In this document: positions 62,161 to 64,000 of the stretch, piece after piece
Numbering within the stretch: the stretch's first letter is position 1
Layout: each line of letters begins with the position of its first letter
Assembly: GCF_964194025.1 (NCBI RefSeq)
Contig: NC_134473.1
Location: 61,690,001-61,754,000 of the forward strand
Origin: Convolutriloba macropyga
Taxonomy: Eukaryota
Direction of reading: 5' to 3'
Length of the DNA stretch: 64,000 bases
Notes under the pieces: generated by a model
The model's database searches: none
Seen by the model: the letters and a program-made list of their open reading frames with translations, nothing else
What the model was told of the DNA's origin: nothing
Position numbers and translations under genes: made by a program

Positions 62161-64000
62161 TTTAAATACGTAAGAAAATTATTCCGATTTAAGTCAACAG
62201 CTCAGAAAAAGACCAAATAGCACAAAATTAAAAGGCAACAATTAAACTTATTTAATACGGCTTGTTAAGACAATAGTTATTTGCACGGTTATGAATACTA
62301 CAGTGATCGGCTTTGATCTTAGGTATCAGAAATAGACTGATATCTGATTTCCTTTATCGGACGAATGCTTAGGCGTTGCTTTCTTCATTATAAGGCTCGA
62401 ATTGAAACATCTCAAATTAGGCAGTTTTAACCTATCTGTTTCACTCAGCACTCAGTTTTATACTTCCCAATACCTCGCTTCAAATTTACTTCCATCACCG
62501 ACTTCGGGGGCCCGGGTTTCAAAATAAAATCAAAAGATACAACAGTTGACGCTGGACACCAAGACGCTACAAAGTCAGTGACACATCTAACATAAAAGGA
62601 AAAATATGCAACCAAACAAAAGCTTCTTCAAAACATATATGGAGTCCGTCATCAATAAGTTTCCAAATTTTGTACCATAAATATATAATTACATTGTACA
62701 AGACGACAAAATCAAGCCATGAAAAATATTCAATAACTTTGTAGTTCGATGAATTACGTGGTAAAAAACATAGGTTTGTTTTTGATATAACTGTTTACCA
62801 TTAACCACCATAATTGGAATTTATGAAACGGCAAAACATCCATTTTCTGTTAGATTTTCATAAAATTTGGTAAAGTTAATCCAATTGGGTTATATTGCAA
62901 AAGCCAAGCCCGATAAGTAAAAAAAGTAAAAGAATATGCAAAGTGATCAATATTTTGTTGAACTTCGATGGAATTCAGAAAGTCCAGAAAATCAATACAG
63001 AGCTTGAAAAGTTGTTCTTTCAAGTAAAAACCATAATATTACATTAAGTCCGTTAACTAATCTTGATATTGCGAATTGAGAATTTGACAAAAACATTAAA
63101 CATTGCCAAATTTGTCAAAAAATTATTTATTTTTCTGAGGGTTCGTTAATTGAGAAAACTCAATACAAAGAAAAAGTTTGTAAGAATTCGTCACCTCCGG
63201 ACTAAAGAAATAAGTGACTTTTCATTTTTGTTTCTTCTCGTTTTCTTATCACACTCTGCCGTTCGCCTGTTCATCCCTGTGCTTGGCTATTCTTCAGTTT
63301 GGGTTCAGCGTTGTTTTCTCTGTCTTGATCGTACTTTTTGTAGCATGTTGTCATATGTGATTTATGTTTCGTTGCAGCATGTTATTATACTAGCAAGCGG
63401 GTTGGTTGTCCCAATCTTGCTGCTTGCTAGAATCTGTCTTAGTTGAAACACAATCTACGGTTGGTTTTTCTAGGGTGTGACTTAAATTTGTTCTGGAGTT
63501 ACCACAAGATTGTTTTCAGACCTTTGCAACTGTCATAGTCTACATAAACACGGTTGAAACTTTTTAATTCCTGCTGAAGTTTGTTTTGAAATTTCGAGTT
63601 TGCTGAGTGCCTGTTTGGATATAGGTATTGCATGGATGTGACGTAAGATTGTTCGGAAGTTACAGCTAGAAAGCTTCATGACCTTCCCAACTTTGGGTAT
63701 AAAACTTTAATTTTTAACTATAATATAAATAATATAAAATTAGTATAAAACTATAATTTTTAACTATGAAACTATAATTTTGAAAACTATAATACTATTA
63801 GTTACCGTAACTTACTTTGCTATTGGTATATGAAGAACCATAATGGCTTTCGTTAGTGTGTCTTGCAGTATCTTCTCTCCTTCTTCCGAGGGTGTGACTT
63901 GAATTTGTTCTGGAGTTACGGCTAGTTTACTTGGTGGAGTTTGTGGCTGTGGTCTATCCGGCTCCCTGCTTGTTTTCTGCGCATCCCCAGCCCGTTCTAT

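Overview
AT-rich, repeat-dense animal (eukaryotic) genomic DNA with two N gaps. The main gene is an intron-rich type I phosphatidylinositol-4-phosphate 5-kinase (PIP5K1-like) on the minus strand. I traced 15 GT-AG exons in consistent phase from 53509 down to about 7795; the start exon was not found. Its introns are mostly transposon-derived. They hold an internally deleted BEL/Pao LTR element (214-bp LTRs, ACGTT TSD), several decayed CR1/L2-like LINE fragments, GG..CC MITEs with 8-bp TSDs, a Tc1-type MITE and a perfect 185-bp foldback. Upstream of the first recognised exon lie a near full-length LINE with an extra SGNH-like ORF and a CRE-clade fragment. The most striking feature is a set of about 40 non-autonomous Helentron/DINE-1-like elements (HINEs) in at least four families. 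They have different subterminal inverted repeats but the same 3' hairpin + (C/T)TATGTT end. They nest inside one another at T-runs without TSDs, one subfamily carries a tRNA-like Pol III cassette, and every copy I could orient by eye lies on the minus strand, the same sense as the host gene. Coordinates were read by eye, so element boundaries may be off by a few bases.
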